The position numbers and the translations under genes were made by a program. Shown here one piece after another: positions 48,474 through 59,910 of a stretch of 64,000 nt of DNA (its first letter is position 1; each line of letters starts with the position of its first letter). This stretch comes from Azolla caroliniana (lineage: Eukaryota > Plantae > Polypodiophyta), in NCBI GenBank assembly GCA_043228905.1, contig JBHGNT010000005.1, positions 10,478,001-10,542,000 on the forward strand, given 5' to 3'. A model generated the notes under the pieces. That model was given only the letters and a program-made list of their open reading frames with translations. It made no database searches and was not told the DNA's origin.

Positions 48474-51400
48474 TGTTAGGATCTCTGTCCCTCCGGATGG
48501 GATACGAAGGCTCGGCATCGGAAGACCCGGTGAGAACCGGATGACGAGTACCCGACAAGGAAGACCCGGTGAAAACCGGATGATGCAGACCCGGTGAGAA
48601 CCGGATGACAAGTACCCGACAAGGAAGACTCGGTGAGAAGCGGATGATGCAGACCCGGTGGGAACAGGATGATGTGTACCCGGCAAGGAAGACCCGGTGA
48701 GAACCGGATGTTGCAGGCCCGGTGAGAACCTCTCACCGGATGAAGGGACAAATATGTAGATATGTTTCTGAGAGCCCATTGGGGCTATATTTGTAAATAG
48801 TCCTAATGTCATATTAGTATAAATGTGACCTAGGGCAAATAGTGTGTATTAATTATCATAGTTGCTGTTATTTTTGTATAGCGTTATTGGTGTAACGATT
48901 GTATTGAGAGAGAGAGAGAGAGAGCGATACAAAGCATGTCTCTGTTGTAACCGCTGTGGGGTGAAGATTGTGAGAAAGAGGTCGTTGGCTCTGCGCTCCC
49001 TGTTGTACTCCTTGACATAGTGATAGTTTGGAGTATGTGGACTCCCGTGGTTTTTTCCCTCACAGGGTTTTCCACGTTAACATCTTGTGTATTCTCTTTC
49101 TATTTGTGTACTTACCTCCATTCCCATTTCTTCTGTGTTTGATTGTCATCAAGTGATCTATGCTTCGGTTGTGGCCGGAGATTATTCCGCATATTTCTTG
49201 TCAAACTTCTATCAGAGCGAAACGACACAGAAAATGGAAGATTCGTTGGGAGGCATGTTCCAGCTCACTGGCTCCAGTTACTCAGTGTGGAAGTCAAAGA
49301 TGAGGGACATGCTCGTGGTTAAAGATCTTTGGTTGCCGGTTCAGTTCGAGGACAAGAGACCGGACAAAATCGATGCCACGATATGGGAGGTGATGCACAT
49401 GAAGACAACTGCGTACATACGGTGCTTCATCGACATGAGTCTATACAACAACTTCAATGAAGAGAGCAAGGCTCATGAGTTCTGGGAGAAGATCGGCATT
49501 ATGTTTCAGAACAAAAATGTTGTTAATTAGGTTTCGGTATTAGTATAAATATGACTTAGGGCAAACTTTTGTAGGGTGGTTGTCATTCTTGTTGGTGCAA
49601 GGAGAGAGAGAGCGCGTAACTGTGTACAGAAAGGGAGACAGAGAAAGAGGTCGTTGCCTCTGTTGTAACCGCCGCCAGTGGCGAGGATCGTGAGCACGAG
49701 GTTGTTGCCTCCGTGAACTCACTGTTGTACATTCTAACATAGTGATAGTTTGCAGCCTGTGGGCTGCCGTGGTTTTTCCCTTAGTTTGGGTTTTCCACGT
49801 AAACATCCTGCGTACTCTTCTCTTCTTCGTGTCGTGCATTCTTTCACCGTTTTTCTGTGTATGATTCTAAACTCGGTTGTAGCCGAGTGCTGCGCGTAAG
49901 GAACATGTAGTTCCCGTCAAGTGGTATCAGAGCGAAATGACACAGAAAATGGAAGATTCGTTGGGAGGCATGTTCCAGCTCACTGGCTCCAGTTACTCAG
50001 TGTGGAAGTCAAAGATGAGGGACATGCTCGTGGTTAAAGATCTTTGGTTGCCGATTCAGTTCGAGGACAAGAGACCGAACAAAATCGATGCCACGATATG
50101 GGAGGTGATGCACATGAAGACAACTGCGTACATACGGTGCTTCATCGACATGAGTCTATACAACAACTTCAATGAAGAGAGCAAGGCTCATGAGTTCTGG
50201 GAGAAGATCGGCATTATGTTTCAGAACAAAAATGTTGTTAATTACGTTTCGGTATTTTGGAAGCTAGTAAGACTCCGGTACCAAGATGGCTCCAGCATGG
50301 CGGAGCACATGAATGCCTTCCAGGGGCTGATCCACTAGGCAACATCATTGGAAGTACCTCTCGCCGATGAGGTACTAGCACTACTCCTGCTCGGTTCCCT
50401 CCCAGATAGCTGGTAGACGTTGGTTGTCACTTTGGGCAACGCCGGGCCGGAAGGGAAACAGTTATCCATAGCAAGACTGACGTTGAGCTTGCTAGATGAG
50501 GAGGCATGTCGGAAAGAAAAGGACATGAGCTCCGACTCCAAAGTGCTCCTTACCGAATCAGAACGTGGAAGACAAAGGAACCGTAGTCCCCAGAACCGGG
50601 AAAAGTTGTGACAAGGGGGAGGCCTACTTGCTTCTATTGCGGCAAGCCGGGTCACTTCCAAAAGAACTGTCAGCACTTCCGAAAGGACAAGGAAACCGAC
50701 AGTACCGATTCGAAGCGAACACCAGACCGGAACGGTAGACACTGGAGGGAACCAGACCAGATGGGAACGACGACAATCGCGGCAAGTGAAGAAGAGTTGA
50801 TGCTCATCACCGAGGAGAGTGAGTTGAAACTTGCCGACGACGAGACAATGTGGGTTGCCAATACCGGAGCGTCATTCCACCTTACTCCGGACTGGAAATG
50901 CTTCTCATCCTACATAGCCAGTGATCACGGCTATGTCCGGATGGGGAATGAAGGTACATGCTGAATTGTCGGCATAAGAGATGTGTGGTTGACAACACCA
51001 ACCGGATGCAAGTTGCTGCTGAAGGAGGTTCAACTAAACCTGATATCAGCCGGTTGGCTAGATGATGAAGGCTACACGGGTAGCATCCAGAACGGAGTCA
51101 TGAAATTTAGCAAAGGGAGCCTGATAGTGGCTCGGGCCTGGAAGGTCAACACAATGTACCTGATGAATGCCCGGTTATGGCCGGAAGAAGTGAACGTGGC
51201 TTCCGACACTGCCGGTGAGCTGTGGCACAAGAGGTTGTGTCACATGAGCGAGAAGGGGATGAAGAGGCTTGCAGACGGCAACCTCATTCTAGTGAAGAAC
51301 GTGCACTTGGAGAAGTGCACTGATTGTCTGGCCGGTAAACAAAACCGGACCTCCTTCCGTTCGTGGCCACCGATGAGACGTAATGCGCCACTGGAGTTGG

Positions 51401-54400
51401 TGCACACGGATGTGTGTCAAGTGGACACGAAGTCACATGCAGGATCGCAGTACTTCGTGATGTTCATAGATGACCACAACCGGAAGCTCTGGGCCACACC
51501 GTTGAAGAAGAAGGATCAGGTGTTATGCGTCTTCAAAGAGCTCCACGCAAAAGTGGAAAGAGAAACCGGCCGGAAGCTAAAGGCGGTTCGAGCAGATAAC
51601 GAAGGAGAATACCGGGGGCAGTTGGAGGAGTACTGCCGCTCGAAGGGAATCCGGCTCAAATTTACCGTGCCGAAGACGCCGGAACTAAACGGGCTGGCCG
51701 AGAGGATGAACCGGACCATAATGGAAAGGGTCCGGAGTATGTTGGCACATGCAAAACTACCCAAGAAGTTTTGGGCTAAGGCACTGTCGACGGTGACATA
51801 TGTGATAAATAGATCACCCTCATTACCCTTGGACGAAGACACGCCATAGAGAGTCTGGACCGGTAAGGAAGTGTCCTACCAGCATCTGAAGGTACTCGGG
51901 TGGCTTGCGTATGTTCATGTAGCTAAGGACTGGAGAGGAAAACTAGATCCGAAGACTCGGCCATGCATATTCCTCGGTTACAGTGACAATGAGTTCAGCT
52001 ACCGAGTGTGGGACCTGGTCGACAAGAAGGTATTCTGGAGTCGAGATATTATCTTCATGGGGGACAAGACGCTCGCGGACTGGGAGTCGGAGAAGAAGAT
52101 AATGAACTCCAAGTCGACCGGTAAGGATCGATTCTACGATGAGTAGACCCAACCGGCAAGAGACTGGTTAGAACTCGAGGAACCGGCCGGTTACGATGAG
52201 GATACCGAACCGGCAGAAGAAGAAGTAGAGGAAGCTGAAACCGGAACCGGCCAAGACCCTGAATCAGATTCGGATGAAGAGCAAATGGAGGAGCCGGTTA
52301 TTGAAGCCCAAAGACGGAGATATCCTCTCAGAGAGAGAAGGCCCCCCCGGAGATTTCTGGATGCAGAGCATGTGCTGCTAACCGATGGGGGGGAGCCAGA
52401 AAGCTTCGAAGAAGCGAAGGATGACACCCACAACCGCAAATGGTTAAGTGCCATGCAGGATGAGATGGATTCCCTACACGAGAACCATATGTATGAAATG
52501 GTGGAGTTGCCGAAAGGAAAGCGGGCACTCCGAAACAAGTGGGTGTACAAGTTGAAACCAGGAGATGCCGGCAACCCCCCGAGATACAAAGCCAGGATCG
52601 TGGTGAAGGGGTTCCAGCAGAAGAAGGGCATGGACTGCGACGAGATATTTGCCCCGGTAGCAAAGATGACCTCCATCCGGATGGTGCTGAGTATAGCGGC
52701 AAGCATGGACCTCGAGGTAGAGCAGCTGGACGTGAAGACGACATTCCTTCACAGTGACCTCGAAGAGGAGATCTACATGCAGCAACTGGAAGGATTCGTG
52801 GAGAAAGGGAATGAGCACCTGGTTTGCCGGTTGAAGGAGAGCCGCTAAGGGTTGAAGTAGGCCCCCCCGGCAATGGTATCAGAAGTTCGACTCCTTCATG
52901 ACCGATCAAGGGTATCACAAGACGCGGGCCGATCACTGTGTGTTTGTGAAGAACTTCGAAGGAGGCGACTTCCTGATACTCCTTCTATACGTGGACGACC
53001 TGTTGATTGTTGGACAGGACCAAGCCAAAATACGGATGCTGAAGAAGGCTCTCAACCGGACGTTCTCAATGAAAGACTTGGGTCCGGCAAGACAGATGTT
53101 GGGGATGCACATTATCTGGGACCGGTCAATGAAGCAATTGTGGCTGTCACAAGAGAAGTACGTGACAAAGGTGCTTCAGCGGTTCAACATGTCAGATGCG
53201 AAACCGGTCGGATCGACACTTCCGGCAAACTGCAGGTTATCCGGTAAGCAAAGCCCGAAGAGGAAAGCAGAGAAGGCGGATATGATGAAGGCTCCATATG
53301 CCTCTGCTGTTGGGAGCTTAATGTACACAATGGTGTGTACTCGACCAGATATTGGATACGCAGTCGGAGTGGTGAGCCGGTTCATGAGCAATCCCAGCAA
53401 GGAGCACTGGAACACGGTCAAATGGATAGTCCGGTACTTGAAGGGCACTTCGAATATGTGTCTCCGATTCGGCTCCAGAAAACCTCAACTTGACGGTTTT
53501 ACCGATTCGGACATGTCGGCTGATGTGGATACCAACTGGTCTACATCCGGGTATGTAATGACATATGCAGGGGGAGCTGTTTCATGGCAGTCGAGGCTAC
53601 AGAAGATGGTTGCGTTATCAACCACGGATGCGGAGTACATGGTGGCTGTGGAAGCCGGCAAGGAAATATTATGGATGAAGGACTTCATCAGAGAGCTTGG
53701 TATCCGGCAAGATGAATACCGGCTCTATTGCGATAGTCAAAGTGCCATCCACCTTGCTAAGAATGCGGCCTTCCATTCCCAGCCTATCCAGCGAAGGTAT
53801 CACTGGATCCGGGAAAGAGTAGATGACCAGGAGTTCGCGCTGACGAAGATCCACACGGCCGAGAACGGGTCAGATATGTTGACCAAAGTACTAATACCTG
53901 ACAAGTTGGAAGCATACCGGAAGCAGATCGGACTAGTAAGACATCCCATGCCGGAGTGAAGGGGGAGTTTGTTAGGAAACAGGTCCCTCCGGATGGGAAG
54001 TGAGAAGAACAGTACTGATGAGCAAACTTGGCCGAGGCCAGAACCGGATGACGAGTACCCGGCTACGGAAGACCCGGTGAGACCCGGTGAGAACCGGATG
54101 ACAAGTACCCGACAAGAGATGGATGATGAAGGCCCGGTGAGGAGTGCTCACCGGATGAAGGGATATATTCGTAAATATGTTTTCTGAGAGTCCATCGGGG
54201 CTATATTTGTAAATAGCCGAAAAGTCATATTAGTAGAAATATGACTTAGGGCAAACTTAGAAAGTTGTTGTTGTTCTTGTTGGCGCAAGATTAGAGCGCA
54301 ACAGTGTACAGAGAGTGTGAGAGAGAGGAAGAGGTCGTTGCCTCTGTTGTAACCGCTGCCTGTGGCGAAGATAGCAAGCTTGAGGTCGTTGCCTCGGTGC

Positions 54401-54584
54401 TTTACTATTGTACATTCTGATATAGTGATAGTTTGCAGTCTGTGGGCTACCGTGGTTTTTCCCTAGTTTGGGTTTTCCACGATAACATCTTGTGTTCTCT
54501 TTTCTTCATTGTGTCGTGCGTTCATTGCCCATTTTCTGTGTTTGATTCTAAGCTTGGTTGTGGCCGAGCGTGTAGTTCCTGACA
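48474..54584 (+). mobile_element. Element K: chimeric Tnt1-like Ty1/Copia (LTR 48474-49203, gag stub, partial LTR 49538-49919, PBS 49922-49933, degenerate gag-pol, 3' LTR 53970-54584)
   Basis: CFYCGKPGHFQKNC, VHTDVC, LYVDDL and FTDSD motifs; PPT at 53958-53969; flanks GACAA and ATATG do not match. Confidence 0.88.
49949..53959 (+). pseudogene. Element K polyprotein pseudogene
   Basis: Collinear fragments from gag to RNase H, separated by stops and frameshifts. Confidence 0.88.
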
Positions 54585-57093
54585 ATATGTTGAAAAACTG
54601 TTGGAGTGTTAGTAAGACCAAAAGGCATTACCTTGTATTCGAAATGCCCATACCGTGTTCGAAATGCGGTTTTCCATTCATCCCTCGGCTTGATGCGTAC
54701 TAGATTGTACGCTCCACGCTAATCAACTTTGGAGAAGACACGCGCAACTCGGAGCCGATCAAGGAGTTCGGGGATCAGAGGTAGCGGATAGCGATTGTGC
54801 ACAGTGAGTTTGTTGAGACCTCGGTAGTCGACGCATAAGCGTAGAGAGCCATCCTTCTTCTTCACAAATAAAATGGGGGCCCTAGCTGGCGACTTAGAAG
54901 GTTGAATAAATCCTTTCTCGAGGTTCTCATCGAGATACACATGAAGGGCCTTCAACTCTAGTGCAGACAACGCATATAGAAGACCAAAGGGTGGACACAC
55001 ACCTTCTTGAAGATCAATCGGACAGTCTTAGAGCCGGTGTTCAGGCAAACGATCAGCATTACATTTTTCAAATACGTCGGAGAAGTGTTGGTATTTGTCG
55101 GGAATAACATGGAGTGTGTTAGAAATGGTGCCACAAACAAACCCATCCTGGACCGATGATGGGGTAGTCAAATCAGAATCGACCTTCTCCGAAGGATAGG
55201 AAACTGAATTTACCTTTATACTTTTGCATGAGCATCCTGGCTTGCTAAATGTGATCGAGCGGTTGCACCAATCCACTATTAGATTGTGCGCCTCCAACCA
55301 CGTTAGTCCTACGACGATCGGATGTCGAGGAGATGCGATGAGGTAAAAGGCGAGCTCCTCCTGGTGTGAGCCCACACAAATCCCTAATGGGATTGTAGCT
55401 TGAGTAATTGCACCTGACGAGAGGACGCACCCGTCGATGGCTTCAACGGGAATGGGTTTTGAGAGGCCAACGACAGGTACGCCATGTGCTTGGGCAAACG
55501 TGATGTCGATGAAGCAAGAAGATGCCCCAGAATCAAGTAAAGCAACTGACTGCATGGAACTAGAGTTAAATGAAAGCCATACCTCCAATGTGAAATTGCC
55601 TGATGGTCTGGCAATGGAACCAAGAGAATGTGGGCGAGGGGAGATGTCCAGTTGCATGGCTCCTACTGCAACCGAACGATGTCGTTTTCCGGATGATGGA
55701 GTCTGTTAGCTCGATGGAAGTGTGGGCGATTACTCCTAGGACAATGGCGAACGACATGACCGGAGGCGCCACAATACATGCACAAGCCATTAGCCCGCCG
55801 AAATTGTCGTTCGGCATCAGTCAATGGCCGAAATCGGGCTTGATCAATTTCCATGGGGACAGGAGCATTTGGCAAAGTAGGGGAGTGTGACGCAGTCGGT
55901 GGGGGTATGGTTGGGGTTGTATGACCGGTGCATGTCGTGGAAGTGAAGGAGGTGGAACTCAAGTACGACGCTCTTCCTAGCGAAATTTGAATAGACGATT
56001 GTCACAATGGACCGCTTGTGAAATTGCTTGGGATAACGAGGTGGGCTCTGGAAATTTTAAGAGAAGATTCTTGACATTGCTTCGAAGGCCGCGCTGAAAG
56101 TGATCAACTAAAGCTTGATCATCCCAATTGACGTTGCATGCTAGTTGTTGAAATTCTGAAGCATAGACCAAAGCTGCACACGAACCTTGTTCAAGTGCAT
56201 AAATCTTGTTAAGAGTTGTACGTCGTCGGTCCATCTCTCCAAATGTGGCCTCTAGCTCGGCAAGGAAGGCGGGAAAGTCCTCCAATAGAGGTGAAGAGGT
56301 TTCTACCAATGGTGCAAACCAAGCTTGGGTTGGACCGGAGAGAAGGGTGCCCACAAGGCCGACTTGTCGAAGATCATCTCCATAACATCGAGGTTGTAGC
56401 CGAATGATAAGTTGAACTTGGTTGATGAACCCTCGGAAACGCGACCTCGTTCCATCAAATTTTTCTGGGAGGCTAACCTTAGGCTCAAGAAAATGCGACG
56501 AAGCTAGGCTAGATGTTGGTAGAATATCGGGCTCTAGGCTAGGTTGCTGTGGGAGACTAGGCTTCGGAGGTTGTGAGGATAGGGAGGCACCGACTTGATG
56601 TTCTTGTAAAGAATTTCGAAGAGCTTCATTTTCAAGCTGGAGTTGTCGTAAGGCTACCATTATTTGGCCTAACTCACTAGTTGAGTCGGACATAGCTATG
56701 GCTTATGAGAGGGAGAGCTATGAGGATGGGAAGGTGAACAAACTGTCATGGATAGATCATAAGCTCAAGAGACAAGAAAGAAGATAGACAAATGGATGAG
56801 TAGTATTAACGGAAAGACTCCATAACTGGTGTTGTTCACCTTTAATTCCTTCAAGGTGAACTCCTCTATTTATACTACATGGCATGCATACTTGTTGCAC
56901 GCATGTGAATCTACAATAGAGCATGTAGGTATGCATGCATGTGCCAAGTGTAAATACTACAAGGAAGCAACTATGCACATGATGCTAGCAAAACAATAAG
57001 GACCAATTACATACATAACTGTGTACTAGATATATTGGTTAACCCATGATACTATATTATAACATGGTCGTGTCAAGAGTTTGAATCTTGACA
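54585..57093 (-). mobile_element. Element A2: degenerate copy of A (LTR 56744-57093, gag 55663-56693, PR and RT start)
   Basis: Collinear with 1157-3654; contains stops; inserted in L's 5' LTR. Confidence 0.93.
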
Positions 57094-57757
57094 TCGAGCT
57101 TTCTATCTTTGCCAATCGGCGGTTACAACAGAGTATCGCTCTGTGTGTGTGTGTGTCTCTCTCTCTCTACGTCACTTTTCACTTTTTCACACACTATACA
57201 TGATTGCCCTAAGTCATATTTATACTTATATGACTTTTAGGCTATTTACAAATATAGCCTCAGTGGGCTTACTCTAACATATTTACAAATATGTCCTTGG
57301 ATCCGATTTGCATCGGATCCATCCTGATTCACTCGATCCGGTTTCCGGGTCTCATCCGGATCCCATCCGTATCTGGTTCCTTCATCCGGCTCGTCCGATC
57401 CGACTCCTCCGGTTCTTATCCGGATCCCATTTGGAGGGACCGAATTCCCAACACCCATCATGAGGACAATAGGAAAACCACGTCGATCCACCCGAGAGAA
57501 GAACGTAGTCATCCGATTTGGCTACAACGACTACTTGGCATATCATAATGCATTCATGACGAAGGTGGTGACAATTCGAGAACCGAAAACCTTTTCCAAA
57601 GCCACGAAGGACCCTAGATGGGTCGAAGTGATGATGAAGAACGATCTTCAAAATGAACCACAACGCCGACGACACTGTCAATCAGTATAAGTACAAGGCC
57701 CAAATTGTGGTGAAGGGCTACGAAGAGATGCACAATGTCGACTATGAAGAAACCTTT

Positions 57758-58084
57758 TGTCGTGAATACATAAACATCATGGCTTCACTTCTTGTAATAC
57801 ATTGATTATTGTAAATACTCCGGAACATTCTAGAACATCTTAGAATAGTCTAGAGAACATTATAGAAATCTCGAGGCTATTCTATAGGAACCTATAAATA
57901 GGGGCATACATGTATTCTCAAATCAATTCAAATCAACACCATACTTAAGCTCTCATCGTCTATCTTGTATCCATTCTCATTCTACTTTAATACATTCATT
58001 CTTCTCTTATAATTTCATTCCTCTCTTCTTGTGATCTCTTTATATTTTTCTTCTGTCACTCTATCTTCTGTCTTGGTTCTGACA
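57758..58084 (+). repeat. N: chromovirus solo LTR; TSD CCTTT
   Basis: TGTCG...TGACA; TSD at 57753-57757 and 58085-58089; host RT (EETF|APVAK) resumes. Confidence 0.92.
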
Positions 58085-58721
58085 CCTTTGCCCCGGTGGC
58101 AAAGATGACTACAATTCGAACTGTGATCGCGCTTGCAACAGCAAAAGGGTGGAAACTCCACCAAATGGACATAAAGAATGGCTTCCTCCAAGGCAAGTTA
58201 GGAGAGGAGGTGTACAGGATACAACCACCTGGATTCAGGTCGACTACGCATCCAACTTTTGTCTGCAGACTCAAAAACCCTCTCTATAGCCTCAAACAAG
58301 CACTGAGAGCATGTCATTCAAAGATAACACAATATCTTCATCAAATCAGCTTCAATATGTCCAAGTCCGACAACTCTCTGGTCACCCGGAGCGACTCCAG
58401 ATGACAGTTATTTATCATCATTTATGTGGATAACTTGGTCATAGGAGGAGAGCATTTAGCAAACATTGAGCACATCAAGAAGCTCCTCTCCAACCAATTC
58501 TAAAAGACTGAAATAAAGGAGCTCCATTACTTTCTAGGAATAGAAGTAATTCACACTCCAGATGGCATCATGCTTTCTCAAATGCACTATATCCTCAATC
58601 TTCTTTACAAGTTTGGGATGACAAAGTGTAATCCCGTCACAACCCCTCTCGATCGAAAACTAAAGCTAGATGCCGACTTTGGTACTAGAGAGTGTGAGCC
58701 GACACTCTATTGTCAACTAGT

Positions 58722-59367
58722 CATCCACCTCCGCCCCATGTCCAACTTGCCGGTGGCCCGAATATGAGGTGACTGCTATTATTGATTCTATGATTGTGTG
58801 TAATAAGTTCTATTATCTGGTTGATTGGGTAGGCTATCCTCTAAGTGATCGCACTTGAGAACCCGTCAATAATGCTTCTAAAGCTCAAGCTCTTGTCGAC
58901 GACTTCCATCACCACTATCCAAACAAACCGGGCCCTACATTGTTAATGCCGACTTCCACTCGTCGTTCTCGAAGGGGAGATAGTGTCATGAATACATAAA
59001 CATTCATGGCTTCACTTGGGCTTGAACCCAAGACCTTGTAATACATAATCAAGATCCCAATCATTAAGATAACGTATGATCATATGAGATGATAAAAGCT
59101 ACTTCTTGTACTACATTGATTATTGTAAATACTCTGGAATATTCTAGAACATTCTAGAATATCCTAGAACATCTTTGAATATTCTAGAACATTATAGAAA
59201 TCTCTAGGGTATTCTATAGGAACCTATAAATAGGGGCATACATGTATTCTCAAATCAATTCGAATCAACAACAATCTTAAGCTCTCATCGCCTACCTTGT
59301 ATCCATTCTCATTCTACTTTAATACATTCATTCTTCTCTTATCATTTCATTCCTCTCTTCTTGTGAT
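58722..59367 (+). mobile_element. N2: chromovirus 3' fragment (degenerate chromodomain, PPT, truncated 3' LTR from 58984)
   Basis: EYEVTAIIDS..FYYLVDWVGY motif; PPT GAAGGGGAGATAG; LTR homologous to N. Confidence 0.85.
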
Positions 59368-59393
59368 GGGTGAAAGCATGCGAGTGCAAACAA

Positions 59394-59506
59394 TTAGCTA
59401 TGTCCTTGACATAGCTAATTAGCTATGCAAAAAGCTACCATTGATAAATAGTCATTTTTGCAAAAAGCTACCATTAATAAATTAGCTATGCAAAAAGCTA
59501 GCATTG
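59394..59506. repeat. Imperfect tandem repeats (attagctatgcaaaaagctaccatt)
   Basis: About three copies; related TAGCT-rich motifs at 63870-63990. Confidence 0.6.
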
Positions 59507-59714
59507 AAAATAGTAGAGAGTTTTAATTATATAAATGAGCACCATAAATGTGCAACATAAACGTGCAACATAAATTGATATGTGCACCATAAATTATATA
59601 CTGAATTCTTAGGTCCATTATGCATGATCTTTTGCCACATCACGTGGGCCATCTTTGGTTGAGTATTCTGTCTTAGATTATACCACTGTTGCTAAACCCT
59701 ATTGAGTCCACTCC

Positions 59715-59910
59715 TCCATAGCCGCCATTCTACACTCAGTTACCGACACTGAGTGGTCCAAGTATCATCTATCACTGTTCGATCCGACAGAGTTCACTCC
59801 TCCATTGCCACCATTCTACACTCAGTTGTCGCCACTGTTCAGTCCAAGCATCATCTGCCAAGTTCATTCCTCCATTGCCTCCATTGTACACTCAGTTGCC
59901 GCTACTGTGA
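59715..59910. repeat. Imperfect ~70-85-bp tandem repeat (ccattctacactcagtt..cg.cactg)
   Basis: Copies near 59725, 59810 and 59881; another unit resumes at 62896, after element O. Confidence 0.65.

Larger units (their letters stand above)
38140..57453 (-). mobile_element. Element L: Tnt1-like Ty1/Copia; TSD CCCAT; pieces 38140-39401, 46981-48473 and 57094-57453
   Basis: 3' LTR 38140-38724 matches the 5' LTR remnant 57094-57453; TSD at 38135-38139 and 57454-57458; RH/RT and IN fragments on the minus strand. Confidence 0.85.
4599..58720 (+). mobile_element. Element I: degenerate Ty1/Copia, the outermost host; pieces at 4599-5331, 6130-7013, ~37406-38139, 57454-57757 and 58085-58720
   Basis: LTR end at 4667, PBS TGGTATTAGAGTG at 4668, gag ATG at 4805. 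PR, IN and RT pieces follow in order and resume after TSDs CCCAT and CCTTT. The 7013/37406 link crosses a deletion and is inferred. Confidence 0.75.

Noticed and set aside
54581-54585. GACAA as a TSD matching 48469-48473
   Set aside because: It overlaps the LTR's terminal GACA, and the sequence beyond is A2 pol rather than the continuation of L.
57758-59367. N and N2 as the two LTRs of one element
   Set aside because: N has its own TSD (CCTTT), and the DNA between them is mostly Copia RT.
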